Notes under the pieces: model-generated
What the model was told of the DNA's origin: nothing
Databases searched by the model: none
The model's input: only the letters and a program-made list of their open reading frames with translations
Sequence record: NC_055708.1
Direction: 5' to 3' (one strand)
Length of the DNA: 64,000 nt
Origin: Enterobacteria phage ATK47
Part shown: positions 24,592-35,607 of the stretch, one piece after another
How the letters are laid out: every line of letters starts with the position of its first letter
How positions within the stretch are numbered: position 1 is the first letter of the stretch
Made by a program: the position numbers and the translations under genes

Positions 24592-26561
24592 TGTGAAATA
24601 GGCTCCAAATCTATAGTTAAGTACTGAGGACGTAAGTCATTTTCGAATACGATTAACGAACCATCCTTTGTAAAAATAATATCATCTGCAGGGTCGGAAT
24701 AAAGTTCAATTGTTTGAACTTCAAAACGGTCTGAAGTGAGGTCAATTTTAGCAATGTTCCAATAAATCGAATCGGCAGGATAATTCACTTCACCAATTGA
24801 ATAGTATTTGTTTCGTCCGTCAGTAACAGTAAGTTTATTAAAATCATTACCTGTATAAGGTTGTATATTTTCGTTTTCAACAACATCACCGTCTGCAAAT
24901 GGACCAATAATAACTTGACCTATGCCACGGTCATTACGGTCAGAAGATACTATGCGAACACCGTATTTAATAGTTTCGTTTGCATTTTCTGGATTAGGTC
25001 TGTGCGAATCAAACGAGAATATATTAGATTCCATCGATCTATCTTTAATCTGATTATTGTATTTAATACCGGCCTCAGGCGTTTTATAGAAGTTTTGTAC
25101 TTCGCGAACCATTTGAATAGTAGCTGAAGAACCAATAATAGAAATATCTGCATCATCGACATAAGTTAGCATTTTAGATTTTGCAAACGATGAGTTAAAA
25201 ATTTCTACATCTTCAATATAATATCGGTCAATTTTATTAATAATTTGCCCTTCAAGATATTGTTCTGATTCTTGGAGTTTATTCAACGCGTATGTAACTT
25301 TGATATTCATTTTGATAAACAAATAATCAGGCGAAATAACAACAGGTGTAATAGTCCCTAAGTTATAATCATTCAAATAGTTTTTGATATCATCACGTTG
25401 GACAGAAGTCAAATACAATCCAGATTTAGGCTTAGCAGCAATATAGGCGTACCCTGGTTTAGATGAATCTGTAAATGTTTGAACCGCTTGAATAATAGAA
25501 CCAAACCGCTCAGAAACGAATGTGTCATAGTCGGAAGCGGTTACACAACGTTGTTGAGTTTCGCGTTTAATTGTGCCTAATTCGCGGATACGTTCAATAT
25601 CTTCAGGGTCACCACCGCCATCGGCCCCGACAAAGTCTGGGTTATTGCTAGGGTTCTCGTTAATATCGATTACCGTGATATTAGCTAATGTATCAGCATA
25701 AGAAAATCCTACAGCACCGTTAGCATCTGCGCCATTAGTAGAAATATACTCAATTACGATTTTAGAACCCTGAACAGGTTTAAGGCCACCAATATAGTTG
25801 GATGTTAACGCGCCTTCTGATGTGTTAATAGAGATTTCGCCTTCACCAAAATAAAATTCGGTGTTCCCATCAACTGTTTCACGCATATAATAGATTGTTG
25901 ACGTAGAACCAGCGTGAACCATCGACTTACGAGTCCAGTTAATCCATTCTGCTCCATCAACGTACAACTTAACCAAATTACGGTCAATGTTCTTATCACG
26001 AATAATGATAGGTTTTAATTTATCAAATGTTAATTCAGTGCGAACAATACGACCCTGAGCTAATCGAAGACGTGGGAAATATTGATTATTTTTGTCTTTA
26101 ACTACAATGACATCTTCAGTAGAAACAAAGTTATACGGGTTAACAGAAGTATCTTTAGCATATGCTAAGAAACGAGTGCCACGTGGAATGGTGATATAGT
26201 TTCTATTTAATGCATCTGTACATGTGAGCATAATTTCTGTTTGTGCTGCTGATTTAGATGAAGGCAGATATCCGTTATCTTGAGCCGCTTGTACAACAGA
26301 GCTACGCAAGTTTGCAGTGCGCATAAAACTTTCATACACTGCGCTATTACTAAACTGTTGGATGTAAAGAGTGTTATATGCTAAAAGGTCGCACAATACG
26401 TTTAAGCGTGAACCTTCAAAATCATAATCAAGAAATTCATTCTGTCCATGGAGCCATTCGATAATGTTTTGTTTGATTTCGGCAAATGTGCCCCCGATAA
26501 AAATCTCGGGAATAGCATTCGCTGTTCGGGTTAATTGATAATTTACAGGAGTGTTTGCCAT
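24588..26561 (-). CDS. 6: baseplate wedge protein gp6
   Basis: Start at internal MANTPVNYQLTRTANAIPEIF, matching the recalled T4 gp6 N-terminus; 657 aa. Confidence 0.9.
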   Translation of the reverse strand: MANTPVNYQLTRTANAIPEIFIGGTFAEIKQNIIEWLHGQNEFLDYDFEGSRLNVLCDLLAYNTLYIQQFSNSAVYESFMRTANLRSSVVQAAQDNGYLPSSKSAAQTEIMLTCTDALNRNYITIPRGTRFLAYAKDTSVNPYNFVSTEDVIVVKDKNNQYFPRLRLAQGRIVRTELTFDKLKPIIIRDKNIDRNLVKLYVDGAEWINWTRKSMVHAGSTSTIYYMRETVDGNTEFYFGEGEISINTSEGALTSNYIGGLKPVQGSKIVIEYISTNGADANGAVGFSYADTLANITVIDINENPSNNPDFVGADGGGDPEDIERIRELGTIKRETQQRCVTASDYDTFVSERFGSIIQAVQTFTDSSKPGYAYIAAKPKSGLYLTSVQRDDIKNYLNDYNLGTITPVVISPDYLFIKMNIKVTYALNKLQESEQYLEGQIINKIDRYYIEDVEIFNSSFAKSKMLTYVDDADISIIGSSATIQMVREVQNFYKTPEAGIKYNNQIKDRSMESNIFSFDSHRPNPENANETIKYGVRIVSSDRNDRGIGQVIIGPFADGDVVENENIQPYTGNDFNKLTVTDGRNKYYSIGEVNYPADSIYWNIAKIDLTSDRFEVQTIELYSDPADDIIFTKDGSLIVFENDLRPQYLTIDLEPISQ

Positions 26562-26569
26562 TTTAATTC

Positions 26570-26863
26570 CTATTTTATAAAGACTTTTGACGAGGCCTGA
26601 GAAACAGTATCCCCGCATGAAATTGGGTCAGCCATTTGAACGGCCTTTTTACCGGTGACGTATACTTTAGATGTACGAGGTTCAGTAACACCTCCATGAG
26701 TCTCGTATGGTTTTTTAATTTCTGTATGAGGTGTTATTTGGTCTCCTGCTACAAGAACAGGAATACCACCGGTGAATACTTTAGATTGAGAAGCGTTAAT
26801 TACCGTAGGAGGCCATGCTTCATGACCTGTTGTAACGCACTGGTCGTAACTTAAGCCAGACAT
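26570..26863 (-). CDS. 5.4: gp5.4 PAAR-like spike tip protein
   Basis: 97 aa from internal [19 protein letters not shown]..., near-identical to recalled T4 gp5.4. Confidence 0.9.
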   Translation of the reverse strand: MSGLSYDQCVTTGHEAWPPTVINASQSKVFTGGIPVLVAGDQITPHTEIKKPYETHGGVTEPRTSKVYVTGKKAVQMADPISCGDTVSQASSKVFIK

Positions 26864-26865
26864 TT

Positions 26866-27381
26866 TTATGGCCTCATATAAACATAGTTTCGTAATTGTT
26901 GTGCCCATTTGCTCCAATTTCCTACTATAGTTTTTGTATAAACCTTAGTAAGAGTTTTTTGTACTGGAGTTGGTGGAGGTTCTGTACCAGAGTCACTTCT
27001 AGAACCGCCTGATGAACTTTCTTCTTGGTAGTTATAAATCATTTCAACCGTATAACTAAACACTTTACGAAGATTCTGAGGAGCTCTCCACAAATATAAC
27101 TGTGTGGATTCATCTTTCGGTAAATCATCCCATGAAGATGCAGTTTTAAAATCATCATTTAATCGATATTTCAATGCATCCGAAGAAAAGCTAAACACAC
27201 TTTCATATGTCCCATATAAACGATTACCATCTACCGTAATGCCTTGTGTTGGTTCATAATCTATTATATTTATTGACACTAAAGTTTCGGACGTTTCTAA
27301 CTGTGGAGTAAAAAGGACGTCAATAGACGCCCCTTCCATGTCTTCTCCTAAGTCGGTATTTAAAGGAAGTATTTGTGCCAT
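26866..27381 (-). CDS. 5.1: gp5.1-position protein
   Basis: 171-aa ORF between 5 and 5.4; assignment by synteny only. Confidence 0.6.
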   Translation of the reverse strand: MAQILPLNTDLGEDMEGASIDVLFTPQLETSETLVSINIIDYEPTQGITVDGNRLYGTYESVFSFSSDALKYRLNDDFKTASSWDDLPKDESTQLYLWRAPQNLRKVFSYTVEMIYNYQEESSSGGSRSDSGTEPPPTPVQKTLTKVYTKTIVGNWSKWAQQLRNYVYMRP

Positions 27382-27384
27382 ATA

Positions 27385-29118
27385 TTACCCAATATCAATA
27401 CGAGATCCGTCAACAGTGTATTGTCCTGAAGCTATTGAGCTCATTGTAGACATTGTTTCTGCCCAATCCCCGGCAACAGTCATATCAACATTACCATTAA
27501 CAGTCCATTTAACGTTTCCGTTGACGGTGTAATCATGATTCCCTTCGACCTGAGTTTTAGCATCACCTTTAACAAGAATATCTGCATTTCCGTCAACAAC
27601 TATTTTGATATTACCCTTAACGTAAAGAGTTCCATCACCTTCAACAGTTTTAGTTTGGTTACCACGAATAAAGATTGTGTCATTGCCGTCTATTTGATGG
27701 AGGCGGTCTGCCATGTTATAATATATTTCATTAGCACCAACGTTAACAAGCTTATCGCCAGAAATCAAGAAGTTCCCATCACCATTAGTGATGTCAAAAA
27801 GGTCTTCTACAGTTTTACGAGTACGACGCCCAGACGGAGAAACTTCCTCATATGACCCTGTTGGATGAACTAAGCGATAACGTTCATTACCTGGAGTATC
27901 GTCAAACTCTTGGATATGACCACTTTCTGTTTCCATAGCATGAACGTATGGATACTCACCACGATAACTTGATTCCGGTTCTTTAAAAAGGATACGTGAA
28001 TCTAATGGAACAGGAGGACCAGCAGGGTCTTCTGGATCGGTATTTCTAGTAACTAAATCGGCACCAACTCCTGGTGAAGGCGGCGTTTTAACAGGAACAC
28101 CATATGATTCCATGTTACCGGTTAAAATAATTGTTGTTACACGTGAAGCGCGTCCTTTAGTCTGTTGGAACCATAATGAATCGCGTCCAGATTTGTATGC
28201 AGTTTTCCAATCGCCTGTGGCCATTGCTTTAAGCATAGTATTGAATTTTGCTACACCACCAACGCCCATTTGGAAGCACATGTTTTCTAATGCCATTTGA
28301 CGAGACCTGTTCATTTTAGCATAAACAGGACCTACTTTAGAATTAGAACGAATGTCTTTCTGCATCTTAGCAAGGTCTTTCTCAAATAACGCTGTTGCTT
28401 CTTCTAATGTAATAGTTCCCGGATTTCCTGTTACTTCACGCCCTACTTGATCAGATAACAATTTATTAATTCGAGACATATCTCGGGTTTTTTCCATTAC
28501 GATAAGGTGTCCAATACCTACTGTAGGATACCCGAGATGGTCCCAATACACTTTATCACGAAGTCCTTCGTCACGACGTAACATTTCTGTTATTGTAAAA
28601 TTAGGGTCATCATCTTCCGGAATATTTGCTAAATCTGTATCATCTGGGTTTATACCGTAATCCAAGTTGTTATCTTGAATTACGTTAGAGTTTGAATAAT
28701 AACCAGCTTCACCGCCTTGGTTTAATACGTTCGTATCATTACCTAAACGCCGTGGATACTGGCCTGTCGGGTCTGAAAAACCTTCAAGTCTATTAGGCTT
28801 TTCACGTACAATCCCGCCGTATGTACCAAGTACAATCCCGTTTGTTTTCCATTTGTCTAAGAAATGACCATATACTCGAGTTCCTTCAACAGGACCTGTA
28901 ACAGAACCACCAATACCTGACATTGATGCAGACGTAATAGGTTGAATAACAGTCATCCATGGAAGTTTTTCTGTAGGAATACCTTGTACATCACCTTGTG
29001 CTCTCTGTGCCGGATGAAGTCCAACTACTCGCACTCGAACTCGCCCTTGTTTTAATGGGTCCATTCTGTCCTCGACAACACCCACGAACCAATTAAGGCT
29101 ACTGCTAATCATTTCCAT
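27385..29118 (-). CDS. 5: baseplate hub spike and tail lysozyme gp5
   Basis: 577 aa; internal lysozyme motif DEGLRDKVYWDHLGYPTVGIGHL resembling T4 lysozyme; synteny. Confidence 0.9.
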   Translation of the reverse strand: MEMISSSLNWFVGVVEDRMDPLKQGRVRVRVVGLHPAQRAQGDVQGIPTEKLPWMTVIQPITSASMSGIGGSVTGPVEGTRVYGHFLDKWKTNGIVLGTYGGIVREKPNRLEGFSDPTGQYPRRLGNDTNVLNQGGEAGYYSNSNVIQDNNLDYGINPDDTDLANIPEDDDPNFTITEMLRRDEGLRDKVYWDHLGYPTVGIGHLIVMEKTRDMSRINKLLSDQVGREVTGNPGTITLEEATALFEKDLAKMQKDIRSNSKVGPVYAKMNRSRQMALENMCFQMGVGGVAKFNTMLKAMATGDWKTAYKSGRDSLWFQQTKGRASRVTTIILTGNMESYGVPVKTPPSPGVGADLVTRNTDPEDPAGPPVPLDSRILFKEPESSYRGEYPYVHAMETESGHIQEFDDTPGNERYRLVHPTGSYEEVSPSGRRTRKTVEDLFDITNGDGNFLISGDKLVNVGANEIYYNMADRLHQIDGNDTIFIRGNQTKTVEGDGTLYVKGNIKIVVDGNADILVKGDAKTQVEGNHDYTVNGNVKWTVNGNVDMTVAGDWAETMSTMSSIASGQYTVDGSRIDIG

Positions 29119-29693
29119 TATGCAATCTCCATCTCACGAATCAAATCAGTAATAAACGAGTTTATATCTTCTTTTGCAACAATTTTTATTTTACGAAGTT
29201 TTTCATTATCTAATACTGCAGCTTCATAAATATCTACTGCAGCTAAAGGTCCTTTATATTGTGGATACTTACGAGCTTCATCACCTTTATCGTACCACAC
29301 TAAAGGCTCGTCTGGATATGAAACTAAATTGTAAAATTTCTCACGGTTCTCGTTAATATGATAAAGAATTTGGTCGCCGCCAGCATTAGCATATTTCTGA
29401 ATAGAAGCTTGATACGCTGCTTCCTGAGATGTAATCCAACCATAATACGGGTCGTAGTTATCGTTGCACATCAAAAGAACCCAGTATAATTGCGGGTTGC
29501 CATAAATGATATTCGCTAGTTCTTCAGGACGCGGAGAGCCTTTAATGTAATAAGAACGTAATCTATAATTGGCAGCAACACGCTTAAAGTACTCTTTATA
29601 GTTACGAAATATGTCTGTCATAGGAATAGTAGGTGCATTCTTATCAACTGTTTTAGCACTATATCCTATTGGGTCGAAGAATGTAAATAACAA
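29118..29693 (-). CDS. 53: baseplate wedge protein gp53
   Basis: 191 aa; synteny with T4 gp53. Confidence 0.8.
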   Translation of the reverse strand: MLFTFFDPIGYSAKTVDKNAPTIPMTDIFRNYKEYFKRVAANYRLRSYYIKGSPRPEELANIIYGNPQLYWVLLMCNDNYDPYYGWITSQEAAYQASIQKYANAGGDQILYHINENREKFYNLVSYPDEPLVWYDKGDEARKYPQYKGPLAAVDIYEAAVLDNEKLRKIKIVAKEDINSFITDLIREMEIA

Positions 29694-29720
29694 GATAGTC
29701 TCCTTCCAATATGAAATTGG

Positions 29721-29728
29721 TATAAATA
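29721..29728 (+). promoter_or_regulatory. T4-type late promoter TATAAATA (gene 4)
   Basis: Exact TATAAATA 27 nt upstream of gene 4 ATG. Confidence 0.6.
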
Positions 29729-29735
29729 ATAATAC

Positions 29736-29743
29736 TATTTATA
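29736..29743 (-). promoter_or_regulatory. T4-type late promoter TATAAATA (gene 53)
   Basis: Exact TATAAATA on minus strand, back-to-back with the gene 4 promoter. Confidence 0.6.
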
Positions 29744-29754
29744 AGGAGGACAAC

Positions 29755-30204
29755 ATGGCCTACTCTGGTAAATGGGTCCCAAAAAATTTAAAAAAATACC
29801 GTGGAGACCATACCAAAATAACGTATCGTTCAAACTGGGAAAAATTCTTTTTCGAATGGTTGGATAAAAATCCAGAAATTATTGCATGGGGTAGTGAAAC
29901 AGCAGTAATTCCATATTTTTGTAATGCTGAAGGTAAGAAACGTCGATACTATATGGACATATGGATGAAAGATGCATCAGGTCAAGAGTTCTTTGTAGAA
30001 ATAAAACCAAAGAAAGAAACTCAACCACCTATTAAACCGGTGAATCTTACAACTGCGGCTAAGAAACGTTATATGAATGAAATCTACACGTGGTCTGTGA
30101 ACTGTGACAAATGGAAAGCTGCTTCTGCTGTTGCAGAAAAGAGAAATATAAAATTTCGAGTTCTTACCGAAGACGGACTTAGGAAACTCGGATACAAGGG
30201 GTAA
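29755..30204 (+). CDS. 4: head completion protein gp4
   Basis: 149 aa from ATG 29755 with SD AAGGAGG; synteny (divergent from 53). Confidence 0.85.
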   Translation: MAYSGKWVPKNLKKYRGDHTKITYRSNWEKFFFEWLDKNPEIIAWGSETAVIPYFCNAEGKKRRYYMDIWMKDASGQEFFVEIKPKKETQPPIKPVNLTTAAKKRYMNEIYTWSVNCDKWKAASAVAEKRNIKFRVLTEDGLRKLGYKG

Positions 30205-30206
30205 TT

Positions 30207-31028
30207 ATGAGCATATTCCAAGTTATATCTGAAGGCGTACAAGCCCCCAAGATTGCTCAGTCTATGAATGAAAGAAAATGGATTGAGATAGGATTAGAAT
30301 ACAAGAAAGCTAAAGAGAAAGGAATCACTGCAAAAGCATTTGCAGAATCAAAAGGAATAAAATACTCGTCGTTTACATCTGCAATGTCTAGATATGCATC
30401 ATCTATTAAGACTGCACAGAAAATTGAAACGCTTGAATCTAAACCTAAAAATAAACTCAATAAGCAAGAACGTCAACTTCTGATGATAAACTCGTTTCGC
30501 AGTTCAATACGAGAAAAGATTAGAAATGAAGGCGCAGCAGTAAACAACAAATCATCTAAGTGGTTTGTTGAAACAATTAAGAAAAGTGTAAAAGGTCATA
30601 AAGTAGTCAAGCCTACGCCAGGCAAAATTTATACTTACGTGTATGATGCTAAACATAAAGATACTCTGCCGTATTGGGACAGATATCCTTTGATTATTTA
30701 TTTAGGATTAGGTAAACATAATTTGATGTACGGGTTAAACTTGCACTATATCCCACCTAAAGCACGTCAACAGTTTCTTGAAGAATTGCTGAAGCAATAC
30801 GCTAGCACAACTACTATTACTAATAACACAAAGTTGAAGATAGACTGGAGCAAGGTGAAAGGATTTCAAGGTGCTGACAAAATGATTAAAGCATACCTGC
30901 CAGGCCACATTAGAGGAACAATAACAGAAATAGCTCCTAAAGACTGGGCTAACATAATCATGTTACCTACTCAGCAGTTTATGTCAAAAGGAAAACGTTT
31001 CTCTGCGAATACTGTTTGGAAATCTTAA
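30207..31028 (+). CDS. 2: DNA end protector protein gp2
   Basis: 273 aa; size and synteny as T4 gp2. Confidence 0.8.
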   Translation: MSIFQVISEGVQAPKIAQSMNERKWIEIGLEYKKAKEKGITAKAFAESKGIKYSSFTSAMSRYASSIKTAQKIETLESKPKNKLNKQERQLLMINSFRSSIREKIRNEGAAVNNKSSKWFVETIKKSVKGHKVVKPTPGKIYTYVYDAKHKDTLPYWDRYPLIIYLGLGKHNLMYGLNLHYIPPKARQQFLEELLKQYASTTTITNNTKLKIDWSKVKGFQGADKMIKAYLPGHIRGTITEIAPKDWANIIMLPTQQFMSKGKRFSANTVWKS

Positions 31029-31130
31029 TTCTATTCTCTTCCGTTCTTCTGATATTCTGTTGAACCGGATTAATGGAAGAGACCTAAAACCATTATACTG
31101 CATTTTTATTAAAGCGTTTTTGAGGTGCTT

Positions 31131-31715
31131 ATGACTCGTCCAACGAGACAGATTTTTAACCAAACAAATATAACAAACTTTGTTGTGGATATCCCAGATA
31201 GTACACGAACTTCAGGTTTTGTGCTCAATGCCCAAACGGCTCCATTGCCAGGTGTGAGAATTCCTGTTGTTGAAACTGTGACAGGCACGATGGGGTTAGG
31301 ACGTGCAATGCGTGCAGGCACCACATTTGAATATGACCCTTTTGTTGTACGATTTATAGTTGATGAAGACATGACGTCCTGGATGAACATGTATAAATGG
31401 ATGCTCAGCACTAATAACTATATAACCGGATATAATACTGCCCACTCCGATGGTCCTGAGTTTGTTACTTTGCACATTTTAAACAACAATAAGACAGAAG
31501 TAGTTTTGACGGCAAATTTCTATAAACCATGGATTTCTGATTTGAGTGAAATTGAATTTAGTTACACCGAAGACTCTGACCCTGCCGTTACGTGCGTAGC
31601 AACTATTCACTATGCGTATATGACGATAGAAAAGGATGGTGAAGTCATTGTATCTCAACAACCACGTCAAGCAGTCGAATCTAAATCCATTTCTAGACAC
31701 CCTTCCTTGCGTTAA
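31131..31715 (+). CDS. 3: tail completion protein gp3
   Basis: Start at ATG 31131 (MTRPTRQ...) with SD; synteny with T4 gp3. Confidence 0.75.
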   Translation: MTRPTRQIFNQTNITNFVVDIPDSTRTSGFVLNAQTAPLPGVRIPVVETVTGTMGLGRAMRAGTTFEYDPFVVRFIVDEDMTSWMNMYKWMLSTNNYITGYNTAHSDGPEFVTLHILNNNKTEVVLTANFYKPWISDLSEIEFSYTEDSDPAVTCVATIHYAYMTIEKDGEVIVSQQPRQAVESKSISRHPSLR

Positions 31716-31768
31716 TCGCTTCTAGCTCCGTATGTTATAATCACTCATAAATTATATGAGGAAAACCT

Positions 31769-32503
31769 ATGGAGCTAATCTTTTTAAGTGGCATCAAACG
31801 TAGTGGTAAAGACACTACTGCTGATTACATCAATTCAAACTTTAAATCCGTAAAATACCAATTAGCATATCCAATTAAAGACGCTCTAGCAATAGCCTGG
31901 GGACGTAGGCATGCTGAAAATCCTGATGTATTCACAGAGTTGAAATACGAATACTTTGAAGGCATTGGATACGACCGTGAAACACCATTAAATCTCAATA
32001 AGTTGGATGTTATTGAATTATTGGAAGAAGCGCTAATTTATTTGCAAAGTCAATATTTACCGATTAATAATGTTAAAGTATTATCATCGTTAGAAGGTGG
32101 ATATTCGTATCTAGATATTAAACCATATGAAGCCCTGCGTGAAGCTATAAATAATATCAACGACACATGGTCAATCCGCCGTCTTATGCAAGCCCTCGGT
32201 ACGGATGTTGTCGTTAATTTATTTGACCGTATGTATTGGGTTAAACTTTTTGCATTAAACTATATGGATTATATTGGAAGTGATTTCGATTACTATGTTG
32301 TGACCGATACACGCCAAGTCCATGAAATGGAAACCGCTAGAGCGATGGGTGCTACAGTTATTCATGTGGTTCGCTCTGGTACGGAATCCACCGATAAACA
32401 TATTACAGAAGCTGGGTTGCCTATTGAAGAAGGTGATTTAGTTATTACAAACGACGGCTCTTTAGAAGAGCTTTATTCTAAAATTGAAACAATCTTAAGG
32501 TAA
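31769..32503 (+). CDS. 1: deoxynucleoside monophosphate kinase gp1
   Basis: 244 aa; P-loop GIKRSGKDTTAD; close to recalled T4 gp1. Confidence 0.9.
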   Translation: MELIFLSGIKRSGKDTTADYINSNFKSVKYQLAYPIKDALAIAWGRRHAENPDVFTELKYEYFEGIGYDRETPLNLNKLDVIELLEEALIYLQSQYLPINNVKVLSSLEGGYSYLDIKPYEALREAINNINDTWSIRRLMQALGTDVVVNLFDRMYWVKLFALNYMDYIGSDFDYYVVTDTRQVHEMETARAMGATVIHVVRSGTESTDKHITEAGLPIEEGDLVITNDGSLEELYSKIETILR

Positions 32504-32507
32504 TAAA

Positions 32508-33193
<686 letters not shown>

Positions 33194-33205
33194 TTTTACA
33201 AAACA

Positions 33206-33235
33206 GTTTACATAAGGATGATGGCGTGTTACTAT
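33206..33235 (+). promoter_or_regulatory. T4-type early promoter within palindrome
   Basis: GTTTAC, 18 nt, TACTAT; GGATGAT/ATCATCC inverted repeat flanks the -10. Confidence 0.6.
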
Positions 33236-33269
33236 CATCCTATCAAATAAACGACCTCAAGGAAATAAA

Positions 33270-33557
33270 ATGAAAACCTATAAAGAATTTATATCACCTG
33301 ATGCTAACGTTTCTACTCTGACCGAAGCGACCCTTACTTCCGAAGTTATTAAAGCAAATAAAGGACGTGAGGGTAAACCAATGATTAGTCTGGTTGACGG
33401 CGAAGAAGTAAAAGGTACTGTTTACTTAGGGGATGGATGGTCTGCTAAGAAAGATGGCGCTACTATTGTTATCTCTCCGGCTGAAGAGACTGCACTGTTT
33501 AAAGCTAAGCATATTTCTGTAGCTCAGCTTAAAATTATTGCAAAAACCCTTCTGTAA
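33270..33557 (+). CDS. internal protein with capsid-targeting leader (ipI position)
   Basis: 95 aa; N-terminus MKTYKEFI matches T4 internal-protein CTS consensus MKTYQEFIAE; adjacent to 57B as T4 ipI. Confidence 0.75.
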   Translation: MKTYKEFISPDANVSTLTEATLTSEVIKANKGREGKPMISLVDGEEVKGTVYLGDGWSAKKDGATIVISPAEETALFKAKHISVAQLKIIAKTLL

Positions 33558-33560
33558 GTA

Positions 33561-33590
33561 GTTTACATGCTGATAGGATTATGGTATAGT
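33561..33590 (+). promoter_or_regulatory. T4-type early promoter within palindrome
   Basis: GTTTAC, 18 nt, TATAGT; ATAGGA...TCCTAT inverted repeat. Confidence 0.6.
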
Positions 33591-33620
33591 AGTCCTATCA
33601 AAATTAATTAGGAAAATAAA

Positions 33621-33929
33621 ATGAAAACTTTCAAAGAATTTATCAATGAAGCGGCTGCACCAAAGACATTCGTTATTAATACTCAAGCGAGTCTTGATGA
33701 TGAGTACGCGGATGCAATTCTGAGGTCACTTGCTAAGAACGGCGTTGAAGTATCTGCATCAGACTTTAAGAAAGGGTCTTCCGAGATGTTTATTTCTATA
33801 GTTAAAGGATCTAAAGCTAAGATTAAATCATCATTCGGAGTTGCTCGTACCGATCAAATCGACAGTCATGACTTTAAACAAACCGGCGTTAAACGGCAGA
33901 ATACGATTGCATCACGCGGAATAAAATAG
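33621..33929 (+). CDS. internal protein-like (CTS leader)
   Basis: 102 aa; N-terminus MKTFKEFINE with I-N-E site resembling prohead protease motif. Confidence 0.7.
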   Translation: MKTFKEFINEAAAPKTFVINTQASLDDEYADAILRSLAKNGVEVSASDFKKGSSEMFISIVKGSKAKIKSSFGVARTDQIDSHDFKQTGVKRQNTIASRGIK

Positions 33930-33940
33930 TTTATAAAACC

Positions 33941-33970
33941 GTTTACTTTTAGATAGGGTAGTGATACTAT
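33941..33970 (+). promoter_or_regulatory. T4-type early promoter within palindrome
   Basis: GTTTAC, 18 nt, TG-a-TACTAT; ATAGGGTA...TACCCTAT inverted repeat. Confidence 0.6.
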
Positions 33971-33998
33971 TACCCTATCAACTACTGAGGAGAATAAA

Positions 33999-34184
33999 AT
34001 GAAACGCGCTGAACTGATTCGTAATGTTGCTGTAGTAATTGCTTCAATGGCTTTTAGTTTTTCGATGTTTGTAGGATTCATTTGTGGACTACTGACAACA
34101 ACTGAAAATTCTATCTCATTGGTAGTAGCATTTCTAATCGGTTTAATCGCTATTGTTATGGATAAAATTGCAAAAGGTGAGTAA
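33999..34184 (+). CDS. small membrane protein (61 aa, two hydrophobic helices)
   Basis: SD GAGGAGA; hydrophobic segments VAVVIASMAFSFSMFVGFICGLL and LVVAFLIGLIAIV. Confidence 0.55.
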   Translation: MKRAELIRNVAVVIASMAFSFSMFVGFICGLLTTTENSISLVVAFLIGLIAIVMDKIAKGE

Positions 34185-34185
34185 A

Positions 34186-34548
34186 ATGAAATATCACGTA
34201 TATGCGGATTTTGAAGCAAATCCTTCTAAAGACCCGGATTGTCGTTTATTCCGTAATCCGTTTGATTCAGCAGCTCAAGCATGGGCCTGGATTAAAACTT
34301 GTACTCCTTCTTACACTTTCTTTGAAGTGGTAGATGATAATGGTGTTTTGCATCCAGAACCTACAGAAACTATTAATTTCCTTCTGTTTGCTGGTTATGA
34401 CTGTTATCCTCTTGGTGGTATTGACGACCTTGTTGCTACAGGAAAAACTGTTGAAGCTCTTCGCGAAATTTATAAAAACGCAGAAGAAAATTTTGACTGG
34501 TATCATATTGTTGATGCTCATACCTTTGAAGTGGTGGAACATTCATGA
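34186..34548 (+). CDS. hypothetical protein (120 aa)
   Basis: ATG 34186 with SD AGGTGAG; ORF in operon context. Confidence 0.55.
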   Translation: MKYHVYADFEANPSKDPDCRLFRNPFDSAAQAWAWIKTCTPSYTFFEVVDDNGVLHPEPTETINFLLFAGYDCYPLGGIDDLVATGKTVEALREIYKNAEENFDWYHIVDAHTFEVVEHS

Positions 34549-34835
34549 TTCTTTATGCTAAGGTAAAATCCGTTGAGAATGGATATGAAAGCGATCAACG
34601 TGCAGCTAAAGCACTAGTCGATTACTATGGTATTTTGACCCACTTTGAAGTTGAAAAGGTTTACGTCGACCGTTCATCTTCACAGGTTAAATTACTTTGG
34701 GAAGACCGCAAATTTAATAGTGTGAACTTTGATTTCTTTATTGAAACAGAAAAAGGTCCTCTTGAATATGATATTTTCAAGAATCCTTTAAATCTTGAAT
34801 GTATTGAGTATAATTACATTAATATGGTACGGTGA
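34545..34835 (+). CDS. hypothetical protein (96 aa)
   Basis: Overlapping ATGA junction with upstream gene. Confidence 0.55.
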   Translation: MILYAKVKSVENGYESDQRAAKALVDYYGILTHFEVEKVYVDRSSSQVKLLWEDRKFNSVNFDFFIETEKGPLEYDIFKNPLNLECIEYNYINMVR

Positions 34836-34839
34836 GTAA

Positions 34840-35355
34840 ATGAATATTTGTTTAGGCAGTACAATTCCTAAGGGTTATGTAATTGATGTCACTACCTATG
34901 AAAATGACGGGGACAACTATAAAACCAAAACATTGTTTGAAGTGGAAGAGCATGAGCTCCAACAGTTTAAATATCTCTTGAAGAAATTTAAGAGTCGTCA
35001 TTCCAGCACTAAAGCTGAACGTTACTGTGGTAATACACCATTCAGTGACTGCTCGCTTATTATCTACGAATATCTGGTTGAAGGGCTGTTCTCAGACCAA
35101 CTCCGACCAGAATTTATTAAAAAGGTCTTTGGCATCGAAGTAGACCTTGGTGATAAATCTGAAGAAGACGAAGCCCGCGTATTCGACCTGTTCTTTGTGA
35201 AAGGCGATGAGATATCTCAAGGACTTATTGATATTCTTGGCTATGCTTCTGAATACTATGATTACGATTTCTTGCGTGTAGTTGAACGTGTCGAATTTGC
35301 TTATATTGAAGAAGAAATTGTTTTGCCAACTGTTAAAATGATTGATTTGCTTTAA
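34840..35355 (+). CDS. hypothetical protein (171 aa)
   Basis: SD GGTGAG; acidic ORF. Confidence 0.55.
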   Translation: MNICLGSTIPKGYVIDVTTYENDGDNYKTKTLFEVEEHELQQFKYLLKKFKSRHSSTKAERYCGNTPFSDCSLIIYEYLVEGLFSDQLRPEFIKKVFGIEVDLGDKSEEDEARVFDLFFVKGDEISQGLIDILGYASEYYDYDFLRVVERVEFAYIEEEIVLPTVKMIDLL

Positions 35356-35434
35356 GAATTATGTGTTATTATTAATTCATACCCTCTATTACCAAAGGTG
35401 CTCTAAAGTGCCTTTCATAATAGAAAGTTATTAA

Positions 35435-35509
35435 GGCCCTGTAGCTCAATGGGAGAGCTGTCAGCTCATAACTGATAGGTAGCTGGATCGAAACCAGCCA
35501 GGGTCACCA
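35435..35509 (+). tRNA. tRNA, anticodon CAT (Met, or Ile2 if lysidine-modified as in T4 tRNA-Ile)
   Basis: Cloverleaf folded by hand: acceptor GGCCCTG/CAGGGTC, D-stem GCTC/GAGC, anticodon loop CTCATAA, T-stem GCTGG/CCAGC, encoded CCA. Confidence 0.8.
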
Positions 35510-35512
35510 ATT

Positions 35513-35589
<77 letters not shown>

Positions 35590-35607
35590 ACTTCAAGTGA
35601 GGAAAAT

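Noticed and set aside
26562-26618. 19-codon N-terminal extension of gene 6
   Set aside because: The internal ATG at 26561 gives the N-terminus MANTPVNYQL that matches T4 gp6; the extension would overlap gene 5.4.
29611-29754. N-terminal extension of the gene 4 ORF given by the ORF track
   Set aside because: The extension overlaps the gene 53 start and both late promoters; ATG 29755 has a strong SD (AAGGAGG) and gives a product of T4 gp4 size.
31109-31411. 100-aa minus-strand ORF
   Set aside because: Antisense to gene 3; no support.
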